The translations under genes and the position numbers were made by a program. The notes under the pieces were generated by a model. The model did no database searches, was not told the origin of the DNA, and worked only from the letters and a program-made list of their open reading frames with translations. Positions 13,774 to 27,327 of a stretch of DNA of 64,000 nucleotides are shown piece after piece (positions within the stretch are counted from its first letter, which is position 1; every line of letters begins with the position of its first letter). This DNA comes from Octopus vulgaris. Its lineage: Eukaryota. Where the stretch lies: positions 130,820,001-130,884,000 of the forward strand of contig OX597817.1 in assembly GCA_951406725.2 (NCBI GenBank), in the 5' to 3' direction.

Positions 13774-14877
13774 CGATAGATGTTGATACATTTATGGATT
13801 TCTTACAACTACCAATAATATATACACTTACTAGCACTAACACCAAGTATAATGATTTTAATCCCACACACGAACAATAATCTATAGACTCAGCCATCTT
13901 CACTAAATCCACGAATGGTAATCTCGTCCCGAGGTTTTGATTAGGAATTTGTCTGCTTGTATTATTACTATTCCCCAAGAACCTATTACCATCGGAATTG
14001 TTTTTCTTTTTTTTAATTGTTGGACTCCTTGAAAATATATTTTGCTCGTGGTTTGTATTTATTTTTGTAATTAATTTCCATTATTCTATATAATATAGAT
14101 TATGAACATCTTATAATAGACTTCTGGCTGTGTTAGATTCCCATTCCTCTGCATTAACGATAAATATGATAATTCTGTGATAGGTTATGGCTGATGCATT
14201 CTAAATGCAGTCATTACTTTTTCCCTTTAATTGTTGGAAATTTTCCCTTTAATAGTTGGAAATTCGGCAGAAATTACTTTAATCATGCTGCAAACACAGG
14301 TGGGGTACAGTATTAATTTATAAGCCTTTAATACACGTGGTAGATTATTCTGGTTGCTTAAGGAAATGCGGCGTCCATACCAGCAATTAATATGTACGTA
14401 CCAGTTGCCAGAAATGTGTTTATTATGTGAGATTGTTCCATCCAATTGTGCTACACTGCTATATCTGGTGGCTATTTAAGCAAAATGTTCCAAAATGGCT
14501 AACAGCTTGGATGTGGTGTTAAACAAGGAGCTAGAACGCCTGGAATTATGCATATCCACACATTACTTTGTTTACATAGACCTATTCGTATACGAGACGC
14601 CGTTACTTTCAGTGTGGGCTCTAATTTCTACAGAAAATCTTTAAAAATAAATTTAAAAAGTATTTTCCCCCTGTTTAGTCTTGATGACCACATGGAGCAG
14701 TGCCCTGTGACTCCTATAGAATGCACAACCGTAGCCCAAAGGCGTATCTGATGGGACGACCTAGTTGAGAAGCGATTTAATTTTGCTCTTATGTTCAGTG
14801 TTTTGCTGAGAAGATTAAAACTGGTTAATATATATATATATGTATATATATATATACATCCATATATATATATACAT

Positions 14878-15002
<125 letters not shown>

Positions 15003-15014
15003 CATATATATATA

Positions 15015-15408
15015 GGCGTAGGAGTGGCTGTGTGGTAACTAGTTTGCTTACCAACCACATGGTTCCGGGTTCAGTCCCACTGCGTGGCACCTTGGGCAAG
15101 TGTCTTCTACTATAGCCTTGGGCCGACCAAAGCCTTGTGAGTGGATTTGGTAGACGGAAACTGAAAGAAGCCCGTCGTATATATGTATATATATGTGTGT
15201 GTGTGTCTGTGTTTGTCCCCCCAACATCGTTTGACAAACAATGCTGGTGTGTTTACGTCCCTGTAACTTAGCGGTTCGGCAAAAGAAACCGATAGAATAA
15301 GTACTAAGCTTACAAAGAATAAGTCCTGGGGTCGATTTGCTCGACTAAAAGGCGGTGCTCCAGCATGGCCACAGTCAAATGACTGAAACAAGTAAAAGAG
15401 TAAAAGAG
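15015..15408 (+). mobile_element. SINE family C, well-preserved copy in intron 1
   Basis: Same head/body/tail as 4280-4668. Confidence 0.9.
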
Positions 15409-15449
15409 TGTATATATATATACATATATATATGTATATATATACATAT

Positions 15450-15656
15450 AACATGTGACCTCGTGAGCACCGCCAGCATTTTTTTCCTCTGTCTTCCCTT
15501 CTCGGGATCTTTCCTTCTCCTTTGTTTCCGACGAAGAGCTCCGCTCGAAACGTTAAACCCTCCTTCTTCCCTTCTTTCCTGAGCGTCCAATAATACTTGA
15601 TTTGTTCCACGTCCTCGCGTTGCTGTTTTTTTTGTGTTTTCTTGTTTGGATTAACT

Positions 15657-15657
<1 letters not shown>
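15450..15657 (+). mobile_element. ~200-bp repeat with minimal hammerhead motif
   Basis: GTTT-CCGACGA-A-GAGC-TCC-GCTC-GAAA-CGTT-AAAC at 15524-15558; homologous to 3640-3835. Confidence 0.7.
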
Positions 15658-15707
<50 letters not shown>

Positions 15708-15842
15708 TTAGAGACAAATCCACTATTTAAAATAGTGGTTTTGTCTCTAATTAATATTATATAATATTTTACTATAAAATTGGATTTAATCCTAAATCTG
15801 ATATTTTTCCCTGTAAATTTGGATTTATTCCCTAATATTTAT

Positions 15843-15935
<93 letters not shown>

Positions 15936-16036
15936 TGTGTGTGAATGTGTGTATGTCTGTATACACAAACATACACACACAGACAAACACACAGATGCAT
16001 ATCTGATATCGAAATACGTTTTCTATATAATTTCAG

Positions 16037-16064
16037 ACTACACGTCCACCTACACCAAGTGGCG
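16037..16064 (+). CDS. 28-nt micro-exon (coding exon 2), Pro/Thr stalk TTRPPTPSG
   Basis: tttcag|ACTACACGTCCACCTACACCAAGTGGCG|gtaagt. Strong splice sites; phase 0 in, phase 1 out, which is exactly what is needed to join exon 1 to exon 3. Confidence 0.7.
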
Positions 16065-17010
16065 GTAAGTTTTGCATTTTAATGGCCATTATATTCACAC
16101 CTGTCTTTATTTGTACACGTATTATGAACTGTTTCCTTCTCTGTTTCTCTCCCTCTCTCTATTTATTCTTCATATTTTCTTCTCAGAGTTTTGTCGCTTA
16201 CTCTTTAGAGAGAAAGTAAACCTCCCCTGCAAATACTGCTTGGCCACAACATTTGATGAGTCGTCGCTCACTTCCTACTTGGTCCTGGAACATCCCATAA
16301 CTTCCCCAAGCATTCTCTTAATTCCAGTCCCTTCTGGATCAAGTCGTTTCAGTCTTCTCTTTATCCAACCTGGACTATTCGAATGTTATTGCTTCCGTTG
16401 AAACACCCGTCTCTTTCTCTACAACACCACTCATCTACCCAGCCCCAACTCCTCCTTCCATGTCACTTATCACTTCCTCTGTGCTACAAACAACGTTACA
16501 TACTGCACGTAGTACAAAAAAGTCTGCGTTGTAGTATGCAGTGTCCGGTTGGAGATTGGCACACTGTTTTGAAGAGAATCTTTCGAACGTCTGACACAAC
16601 TTTAAATAGTATCTCAACATTTCTAATCTGTCCGTACACATAGCTGCACACACACACACACATATACATATACAAACATACATACATACATACATACATA
16701 CATACATACATACATACATACATACATACATACATGCATGCATACATGCATGCATACATACATACCTATATACATACATACATACAAACATACACACATA
16801 TATATATATATATATATATTGATAGAAATGGTAAAAAATAAAAGAATTAAAGAGACCTTGATATTTTGTAAATTGAGGAATTTATCTGTAAATATAAGGT
16901 GGCAATTATTCGGTAGCCATGATAAAACTCCAAGTTTCGGATGGCGGCGTGGGTTACCACCCCAACATCCGAGATTCGGAGTTTCATGTTTGCTACCGAA
17001 TAATTGTCAC

Positions 17011-17045
<35 letters not shown>

Positions 17046-17048
<3 letters not shown>

Positions 17049-17921
17049 CAACAATTGAGGGTAAAATTAATTAATTATTAATCAATTTCACCAAGTGTTC
17101 AGTATGCAAAGGGACCATTTAAGGCGAATTCAAATTATTACATTATATAAAAGGGCTTAGTAAAATAAATTACTTTGCCGCATACTGAACTCATTAGAAA
17201 TAGCAGCTAAAAAACTTTTTTAAAACTATTTCTAATACTTAAAGAAAACCTCTCTCATATAGTGTTTGCTCAATTCAACTCACGAAAGTATGGGGGTAAA
17301 GACATCAAAAAATCAAATGCAAAGGTTATTTGAGAACGTACGTTTCAAGATTAGTCAAAAACTCGACACTTCTATCATCAGCTCAGAACTCCCTGGTTTG
17401 GATTTGAAAACACTGAAAGTGGGAGCATACCCTTTCGGCTTCTTATCGCTTCTGAAGATCTGCTCGCTTGCATTTTTGAGTTTGCTGGCACTGTTAGTTT
17501 CGAGCAGATCTTCAGAAGCGATAAGAAGCCGAAAGGGTATGCTCCCACTTTCAGTGTTTTCAAATCCAAACCAAGGAATTCTGAGCTGATGATAGAAGTG
17601 TCGAGTTTTTGACTAATCTTGAAACGTACGTTCTCAAATAACCTTTGCATTTGATTTTTTGATGTCTTTACCCCCATACTTTCGTGAGTTGAATTGAGCA
17701 AACACTATATGAGAGAGGTTTTCTTTAAGTATTAGAAATAGTTTTAAAAAAGTTTTTTAGCTGCTATTTCTAATGAGTTCAGTATGCGGCAAAGTAATTT
17801 ATTTTACTAAGCCCTTTTATATAATGTAATAATTTGAATTCGCCTTAAATGGTCCCTTTGCATACTGAACACTTGGTGAAATTGATTAATAATTAATTAA
17901 TTTTACCCTCAATTGTTGAAA
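17046..17921. repeat. Near-perfect ~876-bp palindrome (arms ~17046-17466 / 17501-17921, ~34-bp spacer)
   Basis: The arms are reverse complements with few differences and give mirror ORFs 17266-17589(+) and 17378-17701(-). The centre is repeated at ~18025-18135. Confidence 0.95.
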
Positions 17922-18136
17922 TTATAATTAATCTCTCTCTAATTAATGCTTCGGATTTTACCGAAATAAGCATAGTGTTTACTGATTTTAACCCACGCTG
18001 GTGGAAAGGGGAGAGCAGAAATTCTTCGCTTGCATTTTTGAGTTTGCTGGCACTGTTAGTTTCGAGCAGATCTTCAGAAGCGATAAGAAGCCGAAAGGGT
18101 ATGCTCCCACTTTCAGTGTTTTCAAATCCAAACCAA

Positions 18137-18176
<40 letters not shown>

Positions 18177-18362
18177 TACAAATAAGAAAATGTAGAAACA
18201 ATTTAGTTGGTTCATCAGCTTTCGGATATTAGAATGTTGATTTATTTATTAATTTAACAAAAACGAGAACCTTAATAACATACATACATTATAATTCAAT
18301 ACATATAAGAGAAGAATGCAATTATAAAAACCTTAATATAAATTATTGAAATCATTAAAATC

Positions 18363-18490
18363 ACTCTTACAGCTGTTTCAGCCTATGGAAAAAGTAGTTC
18401 TTCAGTGCCTACAGTTGTCAATTATATTGAGGTTGTAGGCATTTAAAAATAGGGTACTTATATATAACCATAGGCCTCGTCAGATATTAT
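18363..18490 (-). ncRNA. Type I hammerhead ribozyme-like motif with long stem II
   Basis: Reverse strand CTGACGA-GGCCTATGG...CCATAGGCT-GAAA-CAGCTG-TA; palindromic stem III; weak stem I. Confidence 0.65.
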
Positions 18491-19305
18491 AAAGAACTTT
18501 AAAAATATAAATACATGAAACAGGATACACGTACAATTTAATATATAAATATAAACAAATATCCATATACACATACACATATATATATGCATACTTAAGC
18601 AAAGTATATACACCTTTACATGTGTATAAATGCATAAATAAGCACAGTTAAAGCATAGGTCCAAGCATATAGACCATTCGTCATATATATATATATATAT
18701 TCTCACTCTTCCCTCTTTGGCAGCCATGTATACAATGGAACACTGCAGACATTATATCTTCGAAAATCTAGAATGCAGTTTTAGGTACTGTAGCAGACCA
18801 TTTATTATTTAATTGTTTCGCATTAAAACTTGCTTATATTTATAAAATATTCAGGACAAGTGGAACTAAGCATATAGAAAACATTTACTGATGGCAACGG
18901 AGTGCTGCCACGCTCGAATGAATTCAGTATGAGAACTCAAAACAAAGAGGATCTAATTAATGATAAAAACAGAATGGAGTACGTAGAGTAAGAATACACA
19001 TGATAAGTACATGTGTTTCCCAGAAATTCCAGCATACTATCATGGGATAGTATGTTTTGATTACTGCTTTCTTTGTAGTTCTTGTTGAGCGCAAGTGACT
19101 GAGGTGTTATCTCCCAAAGACAAAGCAAAGAAGCTCGACGAATCACTGTCTTGTATTCTGCTGGCTTCACTTGGAGTTTGGTGTATTATTATGCACAAAC
19201 ATAAATTCATTTTTTGGATGGGATGCAAGTGAGCTGCTAGATGTAGGAGGAAAGAGTGAGATAGCGATATGGCGAAAGAGTCCGCAAAAGTTTGTTATTA
19301 CATTT

Positions 19306-19382
19306 TGCCGGAGCCGCTCATCTGAGATTTGAACCCGCGATCCCTCGACCGTGAGTTCGCTGCTTTAACCCCTAGGCCATGT
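19306..19382 (-). mobile_element. tRNA-like SINE head fragment
   Basis: Reverse strand TGGCCTAGGGGTTAAAGC...GGGTTCAAATCTC; no complete cloverleaf or CCA. Confidence 0.6.
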
Positions 19383-22300
19383 AACTCCACATTATTACCT
19401 CTATTAAGAATTAAAAATAGCTCAGAGTATTTTTGTCACTTAAAAAAATTCGTTTTTAAAATTATTAATTATTAATTAGAAATTTAGAGATAAGTTATGT
19501 AAATTTATAGCAGTACATAATTAGTTATTAGAATAAATTGAATCATACAAAAATTAGTTATACGTTACAGTAAAATTCACAGTACAGTTTGCTTGAATTA
19601 TTGCCAAGGTTTCACAGTTTTAGTCTTGACCAACTGCCTATTTTTTGCATATTGAATTTGCTTACCAAACATACTATTCTACTTTGCTTAAAACTTTAGC
19701 TATATTCGTACTTCTGACTTGTACTTCTGACTCATACTTCTTTTAGTTTTCTAGTGTGTGAATATTTTAACAAAATGATGGTATCTTTTTTAATTATAAT
19801 GTTACTTTGAAAATTAAAATCAAATAATTTTTAGTATTCAAATTTTATCCTTAGCTGCAATATTTTAAGTAAATATTTTCTTGTTCTGTACTTTACTAGA
19901 TATAATGACTTGTCCTGTACTTTTCCAGGTTAATAATCTTAAGAATATAATTTCCTTTGCTCGCATGTAATCCATATTTTTCCAGGCTATACTACTATGC
20001 TAATTAATAAAGTGTCAAATGAATCGATTAGCGTTGTCGTTGATAATTTTTTCCTGCCTTCAATGACGCCGGTGAGAGATAATAAAAGTCCCTTTATAGA
20101 AATATATTCATAAAAAAGTATAGAACAATATTATCACCCTCAAATTTGAGAAACAAACACCTATAACACTTTTCTTCTAAAACTTCATTGCATGAGATTG
20201 ATACCATGAAATTCCTCGAATTGAAGCTCTATCATTTAAGCTTAATTGAAATATAGTTTGTTTTTAAAATGAAAAAAAGTTAGTTATACTTAAATCCAAT
20301 TTTTTGCCTTACTTAAATTTTCTTGCATGATATTTTACCTCACAATATTTAAATACAATGTTTTTGTTGCATGGGAACAAAACTATGAAATCTTCCATGA
20401 TCTCTTTTACCATTCAAGCTTTTACCATTCTGCTTTTAAAATAAAAAGTTTAGATCTAAACTTGATTGGTGGCGTTACTCTCCCATAATGTTACTACAAA
20501 TCTTGATGTAAACTTTTTCTACTGAATTAAAAGTCATTTTTTATGCCAACATATAGCTAGGGACCAGTCCTGTTGAAAAATATAAACAGATTTTAGTTTG
20601 GTTAAGAACTGAATTGGCGACAAACTCTGAAAGATGCTGCGCCAGAGTAAATTGCAGCCTTAAGAATATTGTTCAGCTACTACCGTAGTTCAATGAAACA
20701 TACATACATACATGCATGCATGCATACATGCATACATACCCCTAGTCACACATACACACATGGACACATTTCTTTGATCTTTGACTTGTTTTAGTCAATT
20801 GGCTTCGGCCATGCTGGGGCACTGCCCTGAAGAGCTTTTTTATTCGAATGGATCCATCCCAGTAATATATATATATATATATATATAAAATTTTCTCAGA
20901 ACGACATCCCCTTACATAGTAAGGACACCTATATGTGGCTACTAATCCATAGAACAAATGAATTTATTCGGCGAGTAAGGTGGATTGCTTACCATCATGA
21001 TGCTAAAAAGAAAAATGAATCTCTTGAAACATATGAAAATAATTATTATAAAAAGAGTTTCAAAAGTAGAAAAAATCCACCACCACCAAATCCACTACTA
21101 GAAAATTTTGAAAAAGATTTATTTGATCTTATTGCTAATGTCAAATTCAAGGAGCACTCACTTAGAAATAACTTACACCTAAGGAAACTAAAGGAATTTA
21201 TAAAGTCATTGCATAATAAACCAGGAATTCTAGTCCCAGCTAATAAAACCGGAAACTTATATAGGCTTGACTATACCACTTATAGTAAACTTGTAATGTA
21301 GGAACTTAATGCTAAATACAAAATAGCATCGAAAAAGAATCTATTGGATATTAACTTGAAAATCAAGAAGGTTATGATGGAATATGACTCGGTGGACCGG
21401 ACTAAAACACTAACACCAAGCGAATCTAGAATTAACCTGAAAGGCTACAAGAAGAACTTCCAGGATAACCCTACTGTGAGACTTGTATGCACAACCAAGT
21501 CGGATATTGGCCGGCTTAGCAAGTATGTTCTTGATAATATTCTAACTCTTATATTTCCCAACCAATCTCTCAAATTATGGATTGATACCGATTAGGTAAT
21601 CCAATGGTTCAAATCTATCAACAACAAAAGTAATTATTCCGTTATCCAATTTGATATAAATATTTATTATTCAGGCATATCCCCCATCCTCCTTAACAAG
21701 TCTCTTATTTTTGCTAAAGATCTCTCTCTCTCTCTCTCTCTCTTATAACTAGAGATAAAATTGATATAATTCTGTTAGCTAGAAGAACTATTATAGAATT
21801 TAAAGGCACATTTTGGAGTAGGGCTGATACCCCAGATAACTTTTGTATACCTATGGGTTCCAGCGACTCGGCTGAGGTCACTAATCTAGTAGGTGCACAT
21901 CAGTTAAGATGCCTAAATAAAGAAATCTCTTAATTGCAGGGGAGGTCTATATAGGAATGAGGCCTTATTCATCATCCGTAGCATCAATAAATCAATCATA
22001 GAAAGAATGAGAAAGAGAATTAGAAAATTTTTCAAAAGCTTTAACTTAAGTATTACATATGAATATAACACTAAGGTAGTAAACTTTTTAGATACTACTT
22101 TAAATATGAACTCTAAATTATACTACCTCTATAGGAAAGAAGGTGAGATTACAAGATATGTGAATAAATCATGAAGTCCACCCCGCCCTCAAATATATTA
22201 AAATTAGTAGTTAAAAGTATTTCGAGAAGAATTACTGAATTATGGTCAAACAATGAGATTTTTAATTCCCATTCATACCACTGTAATGTTGCCTTGTCTA

Positions 22301-22574
22301 AAGCAGGATATGACCAATAAATTACATTTCTCGATCCTGAAAGTTTAACACTTTCAAATAGAGGAACAAATAATAATAGTTTAAGTAACATAAATTCTTC
22401 AAACTTACATAACTATGAAATAACTCAAACTGATAACCTATCCTATAAAACTAACATTAATAACAGAGTACACTCCGAGAATAGTAGACAGGACACAAAT
22501 AGGAATAAAAAAACTTAGGTTAAATTAAATAACTATGAATGAAAAAGTAATAGTTGCTCCTCCAGATAAAAGAC

Positions 22575-22662
<88 letters not shown>

Positions 22663-23032
22663 AGACTAGCAATAATACCAAAATTCTGGAGAGTAAAGAT
22701 AGTACAAATTTATCCCTCCTTTACTTCAATAAGAAATTCAAAAGTAAAAATCTCATAGTTTAATGTCCCTTTCAACAGTGCAATCTCTACTAACATATGT
22801 AGTAAATTCATGACCATATTAATGGCGGTGCTCCAGCATGCCCACAGCTCGTGAGCTGAAACTAGATGAAATGAAAAAAATGATATTAGAGAGAAACTTC
22901 TCTACTTCTCATAGATATAATGAAATCTTTTCACGTAAAATAGTTAGAATGTCATACTCTACTCTCCCAAATATAAGTACCATCATAGCTAGATTAAAGA
23001 GAAATAATATAAGACTAGCCAGAAATGCTGAA

Positions 23033-23034
<2 letters not shown>

Positions 23035-23102
<68 letters not shown>

Positions 23103-23290
23103 GCAATAATAATAATAACAATAATAATAATAATAGCAATAATAATAATAATAATAATAATAATGATAATAGTAATAATAATAATAATAGCAATGATAAT
23201 AATAACAACAATACTAACATTAAAAATAGAAATGAAAATAAAAATAATAACAATAGCAATAATAATAATAATTATATTAATAATAATAGT
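23035..23290. repeat. (AAT)n expansion in the RT-endonuclease linker of the Penelope-like element
   Basis: Direct reading; gives poly-Asn in ORF 22838-23575. Confidence 0.95.
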
Positions 23291-25485
23291 GATATTCCTA
23301 TTAGCATTAACTTAAACCCCCAAAATGAAAATAGTAATATTGAAAATGATAGGGTATATGGTATAAATGACATTAGTACTGCTAAAAGTAACACTATAGA
23401 CTATAGTCCCAGTACATATACGTGCATGGAAACTATTTGTTTTCCTGATGGTGATGATAGTAATTTATATGATAAGTTGGTAGAAGGGGAATTAGAAACT
23501 AATAGTCAAAACCATAGCGTACCTAATAATGTAATTATAAATAACGATAACACTATCAATATTAATAATAATTAAGATGATAATAACAATAATTTAATTC
23601 TTAATAATACTAATATCAATAATTATTCTCCGAGTTGTAATTGCAGTGTTAAGTCCTATTGTCTGGTATCAGGACGATGTCTAGCCCAAAACGTAGTTTA
23701 CAAATGTACAGTGGCAACTTCAACTAATAATTATATCTATTTCGAATGTTCTATCAATTTAAAAAATTGTGATCTCTGCTCTATGGAGATTTATGAAATT
23801 TTTGAACGTAAGGATAATATAAACCTGTTCAATAACCGATAAGAACTGGGGCGTCGTGTATACATAATACTACCCGTACCTTCAAATATTTTCGAAAATA
23901 ACATTTTAATATTCCTTCATTCTTAAATCTTAAAATATATCTCTTAGTTTTAAAATCAATGCATAAATAACTTACCCTGCAACGTTAATTTTTTTAGTCA
24001 ACACTATATATTAATGATTAGATAAGATAGGCAAATTGAGCAAATAATTTTTCAATTTCTAAAATTATTGCATATATTCTATAAATCTCCTCTATTGAAG
24101 TTACTAAGTTGTATACATACTCCATCATAATTTTAGGGATTTAGCTATTTCCACATCTGTTTCTATGATGGTTCTACTCTACCTAATCTTTTTCAATACT
24201 CTATAATTACCTTTATATAAGTCTAAATTGTTGTACCCCTATATAGCCATACCTAACTTATAATAAAAAATATAGGTATATTCAAAAACTTTATAATTTT
24301 AAATGTCAAAATTTTAACTGCCTAAATTAAGATTTAACTAATTTATAATATATTTGTTCTCTCATCTGAATGGTAAAAATCCATGAAAGCCTTATTTTAA
24401 CCTTATACAAAAAAAAAAATGATGCATTATTCTAAATAGTGTCAGTGATAAAATTCTTTTTTCTTAAAATGTTCCATCTCCTTAATTTTGATATTTATAT
24501 TGATTTTAAATAGCCCCTCCAAATACGAACTCTTTAGAAACTATAATATTACTTATATCTCATCTAAATTTTAAAATTAAATAAATTAATTATATTTCAA
24601 CTTTAATTAAATCAGTATATAGTGGACACATTTTTTAACCTCAGTTACCCTTATTTAATATTAAATATTAGTTAAATCCATTTGAGCAATCTCCACAGAA
24701 ACATTATAATAAGTAAAGTTTTTAGATAAATTAAAAAGTATATAAACATGAATTTATTTCTTTTCCTTTGCATTTTCTGTTACCTCCCCCCATTGTAGTT
24801 AAAAGATTTTGGTATACAAGTCAGTAGTGGGATCCTGGTTATTAAATGTCTCTTTCTTAAGAATCTTCTTGGTTACCCTAAATAATACTTTATAACCTTA
24901 TACAGCATGATAACATTGTTTCAAAAATTTTTGAAGGAATTACTTGATTTCTCTTTCTCTCAAATAGCTCTACCCTCCTGATCTTAGTATGTATAAAGAG
25001 CTTTATATAAATAATATTTCTAAATAGGTACTAATTACAAAATATAAATATCATGTAAGGTATGATAATAATTTCTTAAACCTATGATAAAACCCTTAAT
25101 TTTATAAAAAGAGTAGTTGATAATAAAATTTTTGTTCCATAATTTAATTATTTCTTTAGCCGACATTAAACATCAGTCTTTTAGAGATATTATCGTGCCA
25201 TTTAAATTGTCTATCTATATTGCTCTACCCCGAAATGATACTACACTCTTTCTTCTCTCAGATTTGAAGTACTAGCATACAAAATTAAAACTGAACTTAC
25301 CCGCATAGCTAAATCTAAATAACAGAAATAATCAGTGAAAAGCAGTGTCTTTTTTTGAAAAATTTCAATTACAACTGTGATGTTGTTGGTGAAACATGTT
25401 CTTTGTCTATCTCCTTACCCTCTTGGTGATTTTGGATAAAATTATACTAATGTGTCCTTCGAATTTAATTAAATTCTATATTTTT

Positions 25486-25574
25486 GCGCAGCTAAAGATT
25501 GCTCTACATTTTAAATTGATGTAATGTTTGCAATGTTCAATTAAATGGAGTCGCATGAAACGATCGTACTACAT
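25486..25574 (+). ncRNA. Degenerate hammerhead ribozyme in the 3' pLTR of the Naiad-type element
   Basis: gcgcag-CTAAAGA(for CTGANGA)-TTGC...GCAT-GAAA-CGATCG-TA-ctac; palindromic stem III. Confidence 0.55.
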
Positions 25575-25699
25575 TACCTCTGGATATCATTGTTGCTTAT
25601 TTTGATTATAATCACTTTATTTTAAATTGCATGGATAATACCATAATAAATTCTAGTATCTTCAACTTAAGTACCATATTCATCTGAATCTATATACAT

Positions 25700-25740
<41 letters not shown>

Positions 25741-25751
25741 CATACACACAT

Positions 25752-25796
<45 letters not shown>

Positions 25797-25807
25797 TACC
25801 TACATAC

Positions 25808-25855
<48 letters not shown>

Positions 25856-25856
25856 A

Positions 25857-27145
25857 CGAGGGACGTTCAATAAGTGATGCTTCTGACTCACTTGCAGTTG
25901 ATTGATCTAGCTGAAATTTGGCATGTGCAATTATTCAAATCTTTATAGAGTAAGTGGCAAATTACAGCCCTGAATTAATTGTGGTTTCTGATTTACAGGT
26001 GTTTGAACCGAGTCAAGTGTGAAATGGAGCCTGTTGAGTGTCGTGCAGTGATCCGGTTTTTTGTATTTGAAAGGACGCACACCACGGGAGACTTTTGATG
26101 AAATGAAAGTAACTTATGGTGATGATGCCCCATCATATGACCTTGTAAGTTGCTGGCATCGTGAATTCAAACATGGTCGGAACTCTGTGAAAACAGCTCC
26201 CAGATCTGGTCGCCCTCTTCTGCCATTGATGAGGCATCTGTCCGTCAAGTTGAGGCTGCCATTTTGGAAGATCGACGCATAATTATTCGCCAAATAGCCC
26301 ATGAGGTCAAGATTAGTACCGGGTCTGTGGAAACTATCATTCATGACCATTTGCAAATGCAAAAGGTGTCTGCCAGATGGATTCCCAGGTTGCTCACGCC
26401 TTTTCAGAAGCAAGAACGCGTCGAGTGCTCGAGGGTGAATTTGGAGATGTGCCAAGAAGATGAGTCAAAATTTTTCAAAAGACTGATTACACAGGATGAA
26501 ACCTGGGTCCATCACGATGATCCAGAGACCAAAGCCCAGTCAATGCAGTGGAAGCACCGTGACTCACCCCCTCCAAAGAAGGCAAGGGTGCAGCCCTCCG
26601 CTGGCAAGGTCATGCTCACAGTCTTCTGGGACCAGGACGGAGTAGTGATGACAGATTTCCTGGCAAAGGGTACGACAATTGCAGGAGCCTATTATGCTTC
26701 ACTTTTCAGGAAATTAAGAGAAGTTATCAAAATCAAGAGGTGGGGCAAGATCAGCAAATGCATCCTCCTCCTGCAGGACAACGCTCCGGTCCACAACTCG
26801 CTTGTCGCTAGATCAGAAGCACAGGCGTATGGCTATGAACTACTCCCTATCCCCTCTACTTTCCTGACCTTGTACCCTCTGATTTTTTCCTCTTCCCAAT
26901 CATGAAGTTGTTTTTGAAAGGAAAGCGTTTCCCAGATGATGCAGCCTTGATTTCTGAAGTCACGTTGAGGTTGGAGGACCAAGCTGGGTTCTTCTACAAA
27001 TCGGTCTCCAGAGCCGCATCAAACGATGGGAGAAATGCGTAACTCTGGGTGGTTCCTATGTAGAAAAGACTAATAACTGTGCCAAGTTTCGTTGCTCTAC
27101 TGCTATGGGAAGTGGGTCAGGGGCATTACTTATTGGACGCCCCTC

Positions 27146-27146
<1 letters not shown>
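25857..27146 (+). mobile_element. Mariner (DD34D) transposon, full length, frameshifted transposase
   Basis: TA-flanked TIRs CGAGGGACGTTCAATAAGTGATGC / GCATTACTTATTGGACGCCCCTCG; ATG at 26024, WIPRLL, DETWV, LLQDNAPVH, PDLxPSD. Confidence 0.95.
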
Positions 27147-27202
<56 letters not shown>

Positions 27203-27327
27203 CATATATATATATAAATTTAAAATAACGGGGGAAATTGAATATTAATTTGATTAATATCAATTTAAAACCAGTGCTCTAGCAATATAAAAAATCTGAA
27301 GAATCAGAAAAATTATATTACATACAT

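Larger units (their letters stand above)
20900..25690 (+). mobile_element. Penelope-like element, Naiad-type (RT + GIY-YIG), decayed, with long AT-rich tail and 3' hammerhead-like motif
   Basis: RRVRWIAY, FEKDL, NKTGNLY, MGSxDSAEVxxLVG, GLYRNDGL, VNFLD; then CNC-x5-CLVSGRCLAQNVVYKC and CDLCxxE...NNR*E, the CxC-type endonuclease region. Stops, SINE tail and (TA)n insertions. Confidence 0.8.

Noticed and set aside
13780-14500. Coding-looking minus-strand stretch
   Set aside because: Multiple stops in the frames examined and no motif I can recognise.
17266-17701. Two mirror-image 107-aa ORFs
   Set aside because: A by-product of the palindrome; non-ATG start and no recognisable domain.
23630-23870. 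Selenocysteine recoding in the Naiad-type element
   Set aside because: The conserved Cys positions are TGT/TGC here and no convincing SECIS was seen.
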